A DNA stretch of 64,000 nucleotides from Moniliella sp. 'wahieum' (taxonomy: Eukaryota). The DNA is taken from contig RSEE01000041.1 of the NCBI GenBank assembly GCA_003971905.1, forward strand, positions 124,001 through 188,000, in the 5' to 3' direction. This document shows, in pieces, positions 1-12,023 of the stretch (positions are counted from its first letter, which is position 1; the number at the start of each line of letters is the position of its first letter). Both the position numbers and the translations under genes were made by a program. The notes below the pieces were generated by a model that searched no databases, was not told the origin of the DNA, and worked only from the letters and a program-made list of their open reading frames with translations.

Positions 1-16
1 CCAAAGCCACGCAAAT

Positions 17-2787
17 TCATGTCTCCTTGCGGGTGGTAGGGTCCTGCCGCTGCTCTTGCAGACGCTCTTCCTCTGCCCGTTCGTCCTCCGAGTCGTCCAA
101 ACCAGACGAAGAGTGAGACGAGGTCTCTGTATCGTCAAACGGATTGTGCTCCAGCTGGAAGGGCAAACTTGTCGAGGGCTGAACCATGCCCACTTCATCT
201 CTCCTCCGAAAACCAAGAGCTGCCAGATCCATCCGACAAGTCTGCCTCCTCGTCGGACAAATCCACCTGATCGAAAAAGGCATCGTCATCGGTATCCCAC
301 TGATTAATGTCAGCAAGGCGGGCAAGCAAATCGGCCGACGAGTGGGACGTTCCCGATCCGGGGTGTGCACCGAAGGAGGTCCAGGCCGACGCCAGACCCA
401 GGAGCATAGACGTGGGTGGACGGGAGCGCCACCGGTCTCTCCAACGGGGTCCGGACAGAGTTGGCTCGCGACCTTGCTTCCTGGGGAGATGCCGAGGGAG
501 ACCACACACCGCCCTGACTTGGGAGCGAGAGGAGACATTGCGGAGCCCGCCGAGCCCGAGCGGCTGAGGCGGGTAGATCGGTCCTACGTTTGGTCGGGGA
601 ATACGGGGAGGGATCGGGATTGGCACCGCGCCTGGTCCGTCCTCTTTGGCCGGGGTAAGGCCAAGGGCGGGATCGGGTGCGCATCCAGACTCGGCCCAAA
701 GTCCCCTGACATCTCGGGACTCTCCGCAAACAAGTCCAATCCCGACTCGGGCGGGCGCCGCTGGGGGGGAAGAATGCGAGCGGGCACACGCTTCGAGGGC
801 GATCGGGTCTTGCGGGAGAGCGAGGCCGGAGGGGGAGGACGAGAGGCGTTTGGGCGGAGGGGATATAGCAGGAGGAAGCGCAAGGGCCGTCGGAATAGGG
901 GAGCAGCACTTCGACAAGCGTCGTGCTGCAACCTTGGTTGGACAGATAGGGCGGAGTTGGATGCGCACTTGACGTCGAACGCACTGGAAGCACGGGCTAT
1001 GCCTGTAGGTGCGACCTTTGCGCCTACTGGGAATGCGGGCAGAGCGGTCCAATACCGCACCGGCCACAGCCCGAGCAGTCGTCTGTGCTTCGGTCGCATG
1101 GCCAGCTTGGCGGGCAAGACGCTGCAGAGCGGTCAAAATCAGTCGGGAACGAGCGATCCAGCGTTGCTGTTGGGCGCCTACCAACACGTGGCGTACCGCC
1201 CTGTCGACATGGTCCAGGACAGGCTCCTCCAGGTCCTCCACCACATCGTCCGGCCACTCTCTCGTCCTCCTCCACGACTTCTGATACCATCGACAGAGAG
1301 ACATCCTCCTGTTGTTCGGGCGAGGCCCGAGGGTCCAACGGCGCTGCTCCCAATGGCTCCCCCAAAGCTGCAGCCAGCTCGGAGCCAAGGTCGTTGCCAT
1401 GACCATCGTTTCTACGCCCACGGGCGAATCATCGTCAGAAGCCATAGGCGAGTCGAGTTCAGGTTCTGGTGGAGCAGGTGGCTCCGTTTCCTGGTTGGGC
1501 AGTACCAAAGGCGGGGGGGTGGCTGCAAGGAGGGCCGTTCTCAGGGCACACTGGAGCAGTTTATGGGTTTTGCGCATGGCCTCAGCACGAGTAACGGGTC
1601 GGCGTTGTCGCTGTGGGGGTGAGGACCGATGCGAGGGGAGAGCAAGGTGTGATCGCGATCCAAAGTGGGGGCTGTCCGGCACGGGCCCGGTGGGGCTGGG
1701 CCCAGACGGCGGACAGGAGTAGCCAAGATGGCCGGAGTGGTATCGACTTCGAACACAGGTCGAACGGCAGGGGAAGTACGGGTGATGGCGACCGGTCCCG
1801 ACAGATCAAATGTGGGCGAGGGATGGAGGTGGGGCTGGAGGAAGAAGGGGTGGCAGCGGTAGAGGCAGTGGCGGTGACGCGTGCATGGTCCTGGGTCAGC
1901 TGGCGAAGCTTGGTACGCAGCTGAACCTGGGTTGCCAGAGCACGTTCCTCGGCCTGCGTGGCCATGGCTTGCTGGGCCTCGAGCTCGCTCTGGAGATGGG
2001 CCAAGAGCGTCCGCCTGTCGGCGCTGCCGTTCGGAGAGAGCGAGGCGGGTGGAAAGGCGTTCGGCACGCTCGTGGGCACTGGTGGCCGCCGCCTGGGTTG
2101 CGTCAGCACGAGCCAGAGCGTCTGCGACGGCGCGCTCAGACTGGCGGGCGGCATGTTCGGCAGCACTAGCCGAGTGAGAGGCAAGGCGAGCATTCTCTGC
2201 GTCGGTGTGGTAAGCGGCAAAGCTGGCCTCGAGTTCAGCTAGAGCGGCAGCCAGCGCATCTGCGCGCGACAGAGCAGCATCGCGGGAACTGTGCAGGAGA
2301 TCGATCATGGTCTTGCTCTGCCGAGGGCGGTAAGAAGGTCATCGCGAGGAACGCCGTCCAGCGCCTGGCGCAGATCCTCAATGGGGATGTCGTCATCGGG
2401 CGGCAGTTCGATGGGCGCAGGCGGCACGGGCGGGAGCGAGGGCGGACCCGGGCGGCGGCGGCGGCAGCGGTAGGCGCAAGCTGGAGGTCGGGGACCCATG
2501 CGGGGGGGAGGGTGCGGCGGGCGGCATGGTGGGGGCGTGGGCGGCGCTTGGGGAGGGAGCGGAGGGCGGGTGCCGCTGGCGGCGAGGGACGGGATGGGGG
2601 AGTGGGTGGAGGAGGCGGGGCTGCTGGTGCCGGGGGTGGGGGGGGGGCGCATACACGGTGCGCATGGCTGCGGCGGGTGGTGGGGGAGGGGTGGTGGTGG
2701 TGACGATGGTAGGATGGCGGGGTGACGATGGCGGTGGCGAGGGCGAGGGCGAGGGGGCAGCGGGTGGGCGGGGCGGAGGGCAGCCAT
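17..2787 (-). CDS. Uncharacterised coiled-coil / low-complexity protein (frameshifted, ends approximate)
   Basis: Consecutive minus-strand ORF pieces join: Pro-rich N-terminus from ATG 2787, then IPIEDLRQALDGVPRDDLLTALG, an Ala/Glu/Arg-rich heptad region (LAAALAELEASF...LLAHLQSELEAQQAMATQAEERALATQVQLRTKLRQL) and an acidic tail with a stop at 17-19. No family recognised. Confidence 0.5.
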
Positions 2788-3310
2788 GGGCTCAGCGGAC
2801 AGGGCGCATGGGCGGGTGTGAGTGAGGGGCGTGGAGTGTTGAGTTGGTTGGCGGGGCGGGTGCCGGTGACAGTCATCGATCAGCATCACCCATGCGTGCC
2901 AGCGCGCGCCCATCACCAGCACTAGTTACTAGTTACTAGTCACGGCCTGCGCACCGCGCCACTCTCGCCCCTGCAACTTTCAGTCCGCCCGCCGTGGCTT
3001 GGCTGCCTGGTCTTACCTCAGCACGTGCCCCTGGGTCACCTGACTGGTCAGCAGCCATCGCCACTAGTCAGCGCTCAGCCTCTCAGCCATGTCCCAGCGC
3101 CATACTCGCGTCTGGCATGTCCATCAGCATTCCATCTCAATCGCAATCTCAATCCGCCTGTAACATTCTATAGGTACAGCCTACTAAGGACACTACCCTA
3201 GTAGATGCATCTGCTCACGCACTCTCCGCATTGCCCACCATGCATCATTACGCACACATCAGAGCCATGAGTCGATCATGCATCAGTCAAGCACCCCCCT
3301 GGGAGCATGC

Positions 3311-6012
3311 TTACACGGCCGACATGGCCGGCGCGGCAGTCAAGTCTGCAATGTCAAAGTCTTCAATCTTGCGTTGGCGCGTGCGCTCCGCCAAGTCCGG
3401 CCGGCCCAGGAGCTCGAGGACGACGCGGAAGTTTCCCACAGGCTGCGCGAGCCAGCCTCGTCGTCGGCTGCGCCGGCTGGGGAGGAGGACTGGGAGTGTT
3501 GGATGCTAAGGGCGGTGTAGAGGTGTTCGGCGGCATCCTGGTAGAGCTTGAGGTTGAGACACGAGATGGCCAAAGTTAAAGTGGCAGCGGGCAAAGTTAG
3601 GTTGGAGGTCCAACGCGGCATGGTAGTAGCCCAGCGCACGTTCATGTTGTCCTCCATTGGACAAGGTGGCACCCAGACGGTTGTGCAAGCCAATCGCCCG
3701 GCCGTACCGCCAGTGCCGAGCCAAAACAGTCTGCTGCCTTTTCGTACTCGGCCGTGGTGTTGAACAAAACCCCCAAGGCCATCTGAATATCTGCGTCGAC
3801 GCCACCGGCCTCGACGCCCTGCGCCTCGCCCCGCGCCCCAGCACGGACCAGCGCCAGCAGCGTCTCGATCAAGGCCGGATGCAACGAGTCGGCCGGGACC
3901 GAGTCGGGAAGGTGAGCTGCCACGGCGCCTGCGTACGTGGGCGAGTGACGAAGCCACAGCGCCAACGCTGTCCGGGCCTGGAACCGGTCGCCCTCATTGG
4001 TGTAGCTGACAGCGAGAGCAAGCCATGCGGCGCGCAAGTTGGGATCCAACTCGAGTGCCTTACGGAGCGCAGCAATCGCTTGTCCCTCCCGCTCGTTTTC
4101 TTGTTGTTTGACACCGAGCTCGAGCCAGGCGTCGGCCGAGTTCGGGTAAGCTTGCACCCGGGCCTCGGAAACCAACAGGCTTTCAACGCGCTGGGCCAAC
4201 AGGCCATGCTCCTCTGTCATCCAGTCCATCGTATCCAAGTGGTGCGCGCCATGGGTACGTGTCGTGTTGATTGCGTACGGATTGGAGGTAGCAAAGTGGT
4301 AGGCGGGAGCAGGGCGAAGGTTGCTCTTAAGCGTCTCGGTGGAAGCGGCGGTAGCAGTCTCTTGACGTTCTTGGTCCCATTGCTCCCACTGGTCTTGCAT
4401 CGCGTTCCATTCGCTTTCCTGGGACCCCATCGGCCCCGGCCAGCTTGAGAAGAGGAGAAGCCACGACCGACAAAGTCGCCTGCATCTTGCTCTTGCTCTT
4501 GCTCTTGCGCCTGCTGATTCGCGTGCTGCGCGGCCGGATGGAGGGGAGGGAAACTTGTTATAGCCTCGCGTCCAGCAGGAGGCACGTAGCCTTCAGACCA
4601 GGCACTGGACGCGCCAGGGATTTGGGTGCCCAACGACTGATACTTGGCCCATTCGTCCGCTTCAGCTTGTTCATGAGAGATACCTGCCGCGTCGGCTGCG
4701 TGGGACCTGGCCTTGTCCAACAGGGCGGATTGTTGAGCAAACGCAGCATCATCTTCGCGCATCCGGCAGCAATGTCCCCGCCATCCCCAAACTCCCCCCT
4801 TCAGCAGCAGAAGCTTGTCGCTCAAAGCTTCTTTCTCAGCACCGCGAGCGTCCTCGGCGGCAAATAAATCGCCCAGCTCGTCCCGGGCGGCATCTTGCCG
4901 AGCCAGGAGGTTGGTCAAGTTGGCCTGGGCCCGAGATGGGCCGTTGACCTTGTGGTGTCAACAAAGATTCGGTGGGGAGGTACTTTTCGGCATCCAGGGT
5001 GTGCTTGGACGTGGACGCCTGAACGGAAGAGGCGTCAACAATTTCATCCCCTTGGATCGTTGCCTGTCGATCGGCCAACTTGCGCATCAATCCCAAAAAG
5101 CCCGATTGGCGGAACTTGTCCGAGCCGTCGTGGGAGACAGTGTGAACCAAGTGCTCCGCCGCGCGTGCCAGCGCATCCTGGTCCGCCACACCGCCCCGCA
5201 CGGGTGGCCTCAGCTGCCTCGGGCTCGGCTTGCCTGAGGTGAGCATTGATGCGTGCTGGAGCAAAAACAGGGTCCTGCTCCACCGCCTGCACGCATCCTT
5301 GGTCAAGAGGTGGCCTAGATGCTGGGCTGCCACTTCGGCATTGGACTGGCTCTTGTCCGACTGGGCTGCCTTGTCCACCACCTGGAACGCTTCGGCCCAT
5401 GCAGCAGAGGGGGCAGTATTTGTTGTTGGTGTTGTTGTTGTGCTGCTGCTGGGAAGGGTGTGCATGGCATGCTGCATCCCTCCCCCCAGCATACTGGACC
5501 GCAGAAGCGGGGCTCGTTGGGTCATGGGCATCATGCCCATTGGGCGGTGGGCCATGTGGGTGGTGGGCATGGCGAATGAGAAATGTGGCCGACGCAGTCG
5601 CGGGGGCGGGGAGGAGGAAAGACTGGCTGGGAGAGAAAGTCGCGTGCCCAGGCGGGCTGGGGCCTGCCGAGGCTGGGCCTGGGCCTGGGCTGGGCCCGCG
5701 GGAGCTGAGAACAAGGCGGGGTTGAGCGGGGCCAGATCGGGTGGGCGCCGGCGGGGAGTGTGTCTGCCAGGGGCGCAAGGTCAAAGGCATGGATGGCGGG
5801 CGGGTGTGGGGGCGCAAAGGAGGCAGCGGCCGGTGGGTGCCAGCAGGAGCGGCGGGAGTGCGGAGGGTGGAGGAGCGCATGGACGCATGGGATGGGCCGG
5901 CGCCGGGGACAAAGCGGTCGCCCTGGTGGGAGCGGTCGGCGCCAAGGCCCTTGCCGAGGGTGGAGAGTGCGTTGGACGGCCCGCAGGACGCATCGCCGAC
6001 GAGGAAGGACAT
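3311..6012 (-). CDS. PEX5: Peroxisomal PTS1 receptor PEX5 (TPR protein), frameshifted
   Basis: N-terminus MSFLVGDASCGPSNAL has the conserved Cys. WxxxF-type motif AWAEAF. TPR region AWLELGVKQQENEREGQAIAALRKALELDP, DADIQMALGVLFNTTAEYEKAADCF, HNRLGATLSNGGQHERALGYYHAALDLQPNFARCHFN. C-terminus SLWET..VVLELLGRPDL; stop at 3311-3313. Confidence 0.93.
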
Positions 6013-6897
6013 GGTGGGCGGGGCGGGGAGACGGTGGGGCGGAGAGAAGAGGCGGGGAGGGTTACTAGTTACTCCAAGGGGATCTGAAATGGCGCGGCGG
6101 CTGACGCTCCGCAACGCCCGTTTCAGCCAAACTTTCACGCCGCCCGTCGCACCCCGGCGCGGCGCCTGTCTCCCCGCATCCCGCCCGGCCTGCCTGGCCT
6201 GCTTTGCCACCTGGGCGTAGCCACCTTCCGGGCCATCCAGCACCCGCTCCCGTTCGCCGCCATCCGCATCACCCCAGCCACCACCCATCCCTGGCACCCC
6301 ACCGCACCTCGCACCTCGCACCTCCCACCACACAAAGCAACACCCAGCACCACGCTCGCCTGACTTGCCGTCCAGCCTGTCCATGGCCAGCTAGCCAGCT
6401 GGCCCGCTGGTACTGATCCAGCGCCCAGGTGCCTCTCCCGGCCTTCAAACTTTCGCCAGCCACGGTGCGTGACATGTAGTGCGAGCAGGGCCGGGTAGGA
6501 TGTGCTGACCTTCGGACGCCTGCAGCCGACCCACAGTCACTAGTCAGCCACGCCGGCGGCGGCGGCGGGTGCTGTCGGCCCACCGTAAGGCCTGAGGCAA
6601 GAAACCAGAAACGGCACCTGGCTCTCTGCAATGTCCCTGGCCTACTGGCCTACAAACGAAATCCTAAGGTCTAAGGATAGGCCCAAGGCGCCATGCCGTC
6701 GAACTGATCTCCCAGTTCAACATGACCTAGTTGCTTTGTACGACTGTCGTCACGGCTGTGCGATCCGACAGGAATCCTGTACGGAAAGATGGTATTGGCA
6801 TCAAGCAGTGGGCGGCGCGGCACCATGTGTCCAACCCGTACTCGGGCGCATGGGACGGGGAGAACAGTGGCGGTGGTAGCATGTACATGCATCACAT

Positions 6898-8670
6898 TTA
6901 CAGGCGGTAACGAAACGTTAGATCCCCGGTCCGTCTGGTTTGTGGATCGGCTTCGGAGCCCAAGCGATCGACGTGGGCGGTCAGCTTCGTCGGCTGCGAA
7001 CGACGCGAGAGCAGAGGGGGGCTTGCCATCGGAGGAGGAGGTATGCTTTGAGACGGCAGCCTCGGTCGGGGAAACCAAAGCGGGCGAGTCCGGGAGGGTG
7101 GAGGCTCCGGAGAAGACAGAGCCTGCGAGGCAAGTCGGTCACGCTGCGCGTTGCAATAAACAAGGTAGACGCGCATCACCATGCTCAAGACAAATGTGAT
7201 GGCATAGCAGACCATGACGGCGCAGAACGCGCCCTGGTAGTGCGGTGCTTGTTTGCCAATAAAGATATGTGGGCCGGCAAGTTGGAAGCCGAGTGAACAC
7301 AAAGATGATCGCGTTGACTTGAAGGTGCTGGACTTGGTGACGCCTCGGTTGTCGCTTGGCACAGACCCAGCAGGAGAGAAAAGTGGCTGGCCCGACAGCG
7401 AAGAAAGTACCCAAACAGCTGCACGCCCCGGCTGGTGCGCGGACGTACGTAGATCAACGACGCGCCAATGATACGATGCGAGCACAGCGCAATGCAATAG
7501 CATTTGAACCGGTCGTCTTACCCGTAAACCAACCCAGGCCGGCAATCGTCGTGGCGGCGATCACCGAGTAGGGGATATTGAGCAGCGTCGTCTATGGGGG
7601 GGGGCAAAACGAGGAGAGAGAGATGCGCCTCAAAAGTCAGAACCACTGGCGTCTGCCGCCATGCAACCAAAACCAGCCCGAGACAAGAACGAACCTGAAG
7701 AGAGGTGAAATCAAAGCTTTCCAAAACAATGTTGGAGAAGGATTGGAGAGCGGCATTGGGCAGTTGGCACGCCGTAGCGATGCCGATAGCAATCCAAGTT
7801 TCGGGTCGAGGAGACACTCGCGAATCTGGCGCGGTCCCACCGTTCCTTCTCCCGGTTCCCAGCTCCCCGTGCTTCGACCCGGCGGGCAATAAGGTACTTT
7901 TGGCGCTTGGTGAGAAAACGGGCCTGGCTGATCTTCAAGGGCAAAAGAACCGTGATGCCCAAGCCACTTGGAAAAGGGTCAGTTAAGGTAATGACAGACG
8001 GAGAGCGAGGCAAAAGAAAAGAGGTCTAGGGTGGTACAACGTACTAGAGCAGTTGGCAAATGCCCAAAATGATAAACGCCACCGCCAGGGGGAAAGGGGG
8101 TGTTTGATATGGCCAACGCCATAGGCATAAAGGGAAGAAGTCATACCACCAATGCTGTTGCCGGCGAACCAGGCGCCGACCTGCGCGGCATTCCTCGCGT
8201 GCGTAAAAGGACGAGGTGATAAACAAAAAGGAAGGGAAGGTCGATTCGCACAGACCCAGAAGGAGGCGACAGACGATCAAGCCGGCGTCGCGTAACTCGG
8301 CATGCGGCTGTGCACCCCACCACAACGGCACACAGCAGAACGGAGATGGGCAAGATGCGCGGTGCATAGGGAATCACCTCGCCAGTACAGATGACAAAAA
8401 GGTAGCCAAAGTAAAAGATGGACGAGACCCAGGAGTACTGCGCCGTGTTGAGGTGGGTGTCTTGCGCAGGCCCATACGAGAGAGAGAGAGAATGACCTTG
8501 TCGCTGAACGCAAGCGCATACCCAGCGTGCAGGAGCGGGATCAGGATCCAATCCACGCGCCGGACTGCCCGCTTGACCTCGGGCGTGTCGACGAGGCCAT
8601 CGTACTTCGTCGTCAGCGTCAGCAGAGAGGCGTGTGGAACCGTGGACGCTTCCCGTGCTGGGTCGGACAT
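6898..8670 (-). CDS. MFS transporter, allantoate/anion:cation symporter (Dal5-like) family
   Basis: VKRAVRRVDWILIPLL..YALAFSDK, QYSWVSSIFYFGYL, RLLLGLCES, LDPKLGLL/ETWI, NRGVTK, GPHIF..QAPHY..AF and C-terminal LTFRYRL-stop. Introns and frameshifts present. Confidence 0.88.
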
Positions 8671-10454
8671 GGCGGGTGCAGCAGACCAGCGCTGTGAAGA
8701 TGGTGGGGCGAGAGCAAAGCGTGTGCCCGGGCCGATGCAAACGGGGAAAATGTGTTGTCATGGGGGTGCGGTGAAGTAACAGGGACGGGGCCGTCGAGTA
8801 GGCCGGCCCGTCGAGCTGTCCGACAGCCTGGCTGCCCGCCGCCGTCGGCAGCAACGCTGCGACGCCCCCCGGCTATCTTTCCCACTTATCACCTGGCTCG
8901 ACCTAGGCTGCCGCTGCTGCCGCGTTCCCCCCACGGGGCCAGTCTCGACAGCCCCCCCGGCACAGGCACCAGCAGGCTCTCACTTGCACCTATCCAGAGG
9001 CAAGGTTGATGCGTGTAATGATTCCTGGCGCTGTCGCATGATCGACTTGATGAAGAAAGGTCACCGATTCGAATCCTTTTCTCCGACCCCTTCGTACCTC
9101 CTGTGGTCTTATTGGCCGGCCCTTTCCGTTCCCCCAGCGTATTTTTTCTGCACTGTAGTCCGGTTCTGCACTGTCGTCGTCTCTCTCAAGAAAAATAGTT
9201 GCTAGGCGCTGCAAAAGGCCGCAGGCACCAGAGCCGCCCCATCTGTGTACTAGTCACTAGTCACTAATCGTAGTAGCGTTTGCAAAACCTAAGACAGGGA
9301 CAAACTCTGAGCTTACCAGACAGCCTCGCCCAGCGCCCACAGCTTGCGTGTGCTGTCACATGTCAGTACTCATACGCAGTTTCTCAGTCAGTAGCTTGTG
9401 CCGAGAAAAGCCACAAGGGGTGGGTGTCGCCAATCGGTCCGCTATCCAACTTGCAAACTTTCCTGGAAAGACCAACAATAGAGAGAGAGAGAAGGCGGTT
9501 GAATTCAACGTTGATGGTGTATTGTATCGTGCATGGCCTAATACGGTTCCAGACTGCCACAGAAAGAGGTCATATTAGCGAGATGCCTGCCCTCTTCCAA
9601 AAAGATATCGAAGAAATGCACCGACAAGGGAAACAAGCTTGAAGCTTGAAGAGTTCAAGCTTGAGCCTGAACGTCCTGAACTACCGTCGACGGCTACTTT
9701 CAAAGGGCTTCTGGTTTGGCCAAATGAGACAGCCATCTCAAGAGGCAACGTTCAACACGGTCAACAGCGCTACCTGTTGAACTTCATCCAACCCAACGCA
9801 CTCTATCGCTGTTGCACGCTTAAGAGCGCCACGGTTGACATTGCTCTCGGCTTCTGGATTTAAACCAGCTCGACCTCTCGCAGGCTTTCCTCCCAACCCA
9901 AAAAGCCCACTCATCAATCAAGGTTGTGGACGGTGGGGGTGCACAGCTTCTGCCAACTCACTTATACGACCCGTGGGAGCTAGAATATGGTTTTAGAGGA
10001 TATGGTGTGGATGCAATGTGGTGAGAGGGGGGGGGGGGGAAGAAGAGGAATGTGTGTGCGTTTGCGAAAAAGTAAACAAAAGGGGGAGGGGGGAGCCAAA
10101 GTGCACTCCCCCAAGAGAGAGATGCATATCTGGCTCTCCTGGAGAGATGAAATCATACGAATGGCACGAGGTAGGGCCGGTTCAGGTGGAAATCGATAGA
10201 GGCAGTCTTGATGTGATCTCAGCCCATCAGACCGAAGTGGCGGAAACAGGGACATGTGATCCAGGTTGATTCGGTGTGCCTTTTGTCGTGTGTACGCTTT
10301 AGGTAGCGGTGCAGATGGAGACCAAAACGTCACACAGAATCAATGCCGTCCCAAAAGGTTTTATCTTTTCCAAAGCGGGTTCATGGCTGCACGCTTTCTT
10401 ACGAGAAGACCTGCTCGAAGCGATGTCAGTACTCAGTACACACACACAAATGAT

Positions 10455-11604
10455 CTAACAGGAGCTGCATACCTTCGGCAGAGAAGGAACGGGCGGTGCG
10501 GGATCAGCCCTAGCTGCCGGAGGCGGGCGTAGGTTAGCTCCCGACCGGGCCTGGCGTAGCTGAGGGTTGGACTTGGCCCCACGCAGAGAAGCAGACGAAG
10601 GCAAGACCCATGAATCGCCCAGCGTCGGATTCCGGTTGGTGTCATGCTTGTCCCCTGGTAATCGTCGCCTTCGTGAGCGTAGGAGAGCCAAGAACTCTCC
10701 GGGGGCGGGTGAGAGTCGTTCTCGTGTCGGTAGGCCAGCCATTTGTCCTTTTCGCCATTGATCTTGGGCGTGGAGACGAGAGCGGGGTGGACTTGAGACG
10801 AACAATGCCCCGTTCTTAGGGACTTGCTCCTCCGCGTCCGGCGTCAGACGTAAGACGTTCTTCTTCGTCGAGGGAGGGAGGGGATTGGCCTGCTGAGCCG
10901 AAGATTCAACTGCGTTTGCTGTGGGGACCGTTGCTGGTGGGGGACGCACCGTTGCGACGGGCGGGCCAGGCAGCCAGCGCACCGAATGCGGTGGCTACAG
11001 CAGCGACCGTAATGATGAATACGGCAGGCTTCTCCCCAAGCATGTCGACGAGAGGAGCTGGAGGAGGGGAATGTGGTGGGGAGAAGGGGAGGGGGATGGG
11101 GTGCAGGGAGGCCTGCTTCTGTCAGTAGAAAAGTGGGCACGATTGGACCCAGAACCAGACCTGGGCCAGGGGCGCCACACTGCCCCGGGGCGGGTGCGGG
11201 GCAGGGGGGCGGGGAAGGGGCGTAGTGGCAGGGGCGCCGCAGGCACAGCTGGAACACAGCAGTTGTGCTAGGGGCAGGTAGGGTTGGGCCGCAACGTACG
11301 TGTTCTGGATTAGATGGCCCTATAGGACGAGAGTCTAAGAGAGACCGGGTGCCGGTTAGACAAAGCGGGGAATCTCGGGCTGGCTGGGGGAGGCGTTGCT
11401 TGAGGCTGAAGCAGGGAGCCGGAAACGGCCGGGTGCAGCTGGAGCATAGCTGTCAACTGTCAACATGTCAACGCCCAGACAGACAGACAGACACTGACGT
11501 TGCGCCGAAGAGGCAGTCTGGGAACCCATCATCTCCTCCCCTCCCAACCCGGGAGAAGAAGCGAAGGCGGAACAGCCGTTGGATTCCGCGCAGACGACCG
11601 TCAT
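10455..11604 (-). CDS. Possible low-complexity hypothetical protein
   Basis: Ser/Pro/Ala-rich ORF fragments and a plausible short intron (GTCAGT...TTGACAG near 11456-11498). No domain recognised. Confidence 0.3.
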
Positions 11605-12023
11605 CGACCTGCTCAAGCAGCGGGGGGTAGGTAAGCGGCCGGTGATGCTGCTGGGTGAAGGGGTTGACGCGTGGCGTCTGGATCGGTGGTGAACGATGAG
11701 ATTCTGAGATTAGATAGGATGGATATGATGCTTCCCACAATGGCCTGCGGTGCACCCTGGGGCTGCCACGCTTCACCAAGGGAGGGAGGCGGATGACGTC
11801 AGCACGGGCCGCAGCCAGCGTCGTTTGAGCAACGCAGCAGCAGCCAGCGATCAGCGATCAACACACTAATCATCCACCCATCCGTGCCTTGGACTGGCTG
11901 GGGGCATGTGACATGTGACACCGCCCAAACATCAATCCATCAATCACACCACCGCATCTCCTGTAGCCACTCCGCACCCCACTCGCGGCCCCACCACCAC
12001 CGCCCCCCCCCCCGGCCGTCGCC

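Noticed and set aside
186..1622. Long plus-strand ORFs opposite real genes (also 3657-4448, 18619-19926, 43614-44744)
   Set aside because: These are antisense shadows of GC-rich coding sequence with no recognisable motifs.
9280..9863. Two short plus-strand ORFs with protein-like composition
   Set aside because: No recognisable family. They may be a decayed gene or TE, but I cannot support that.
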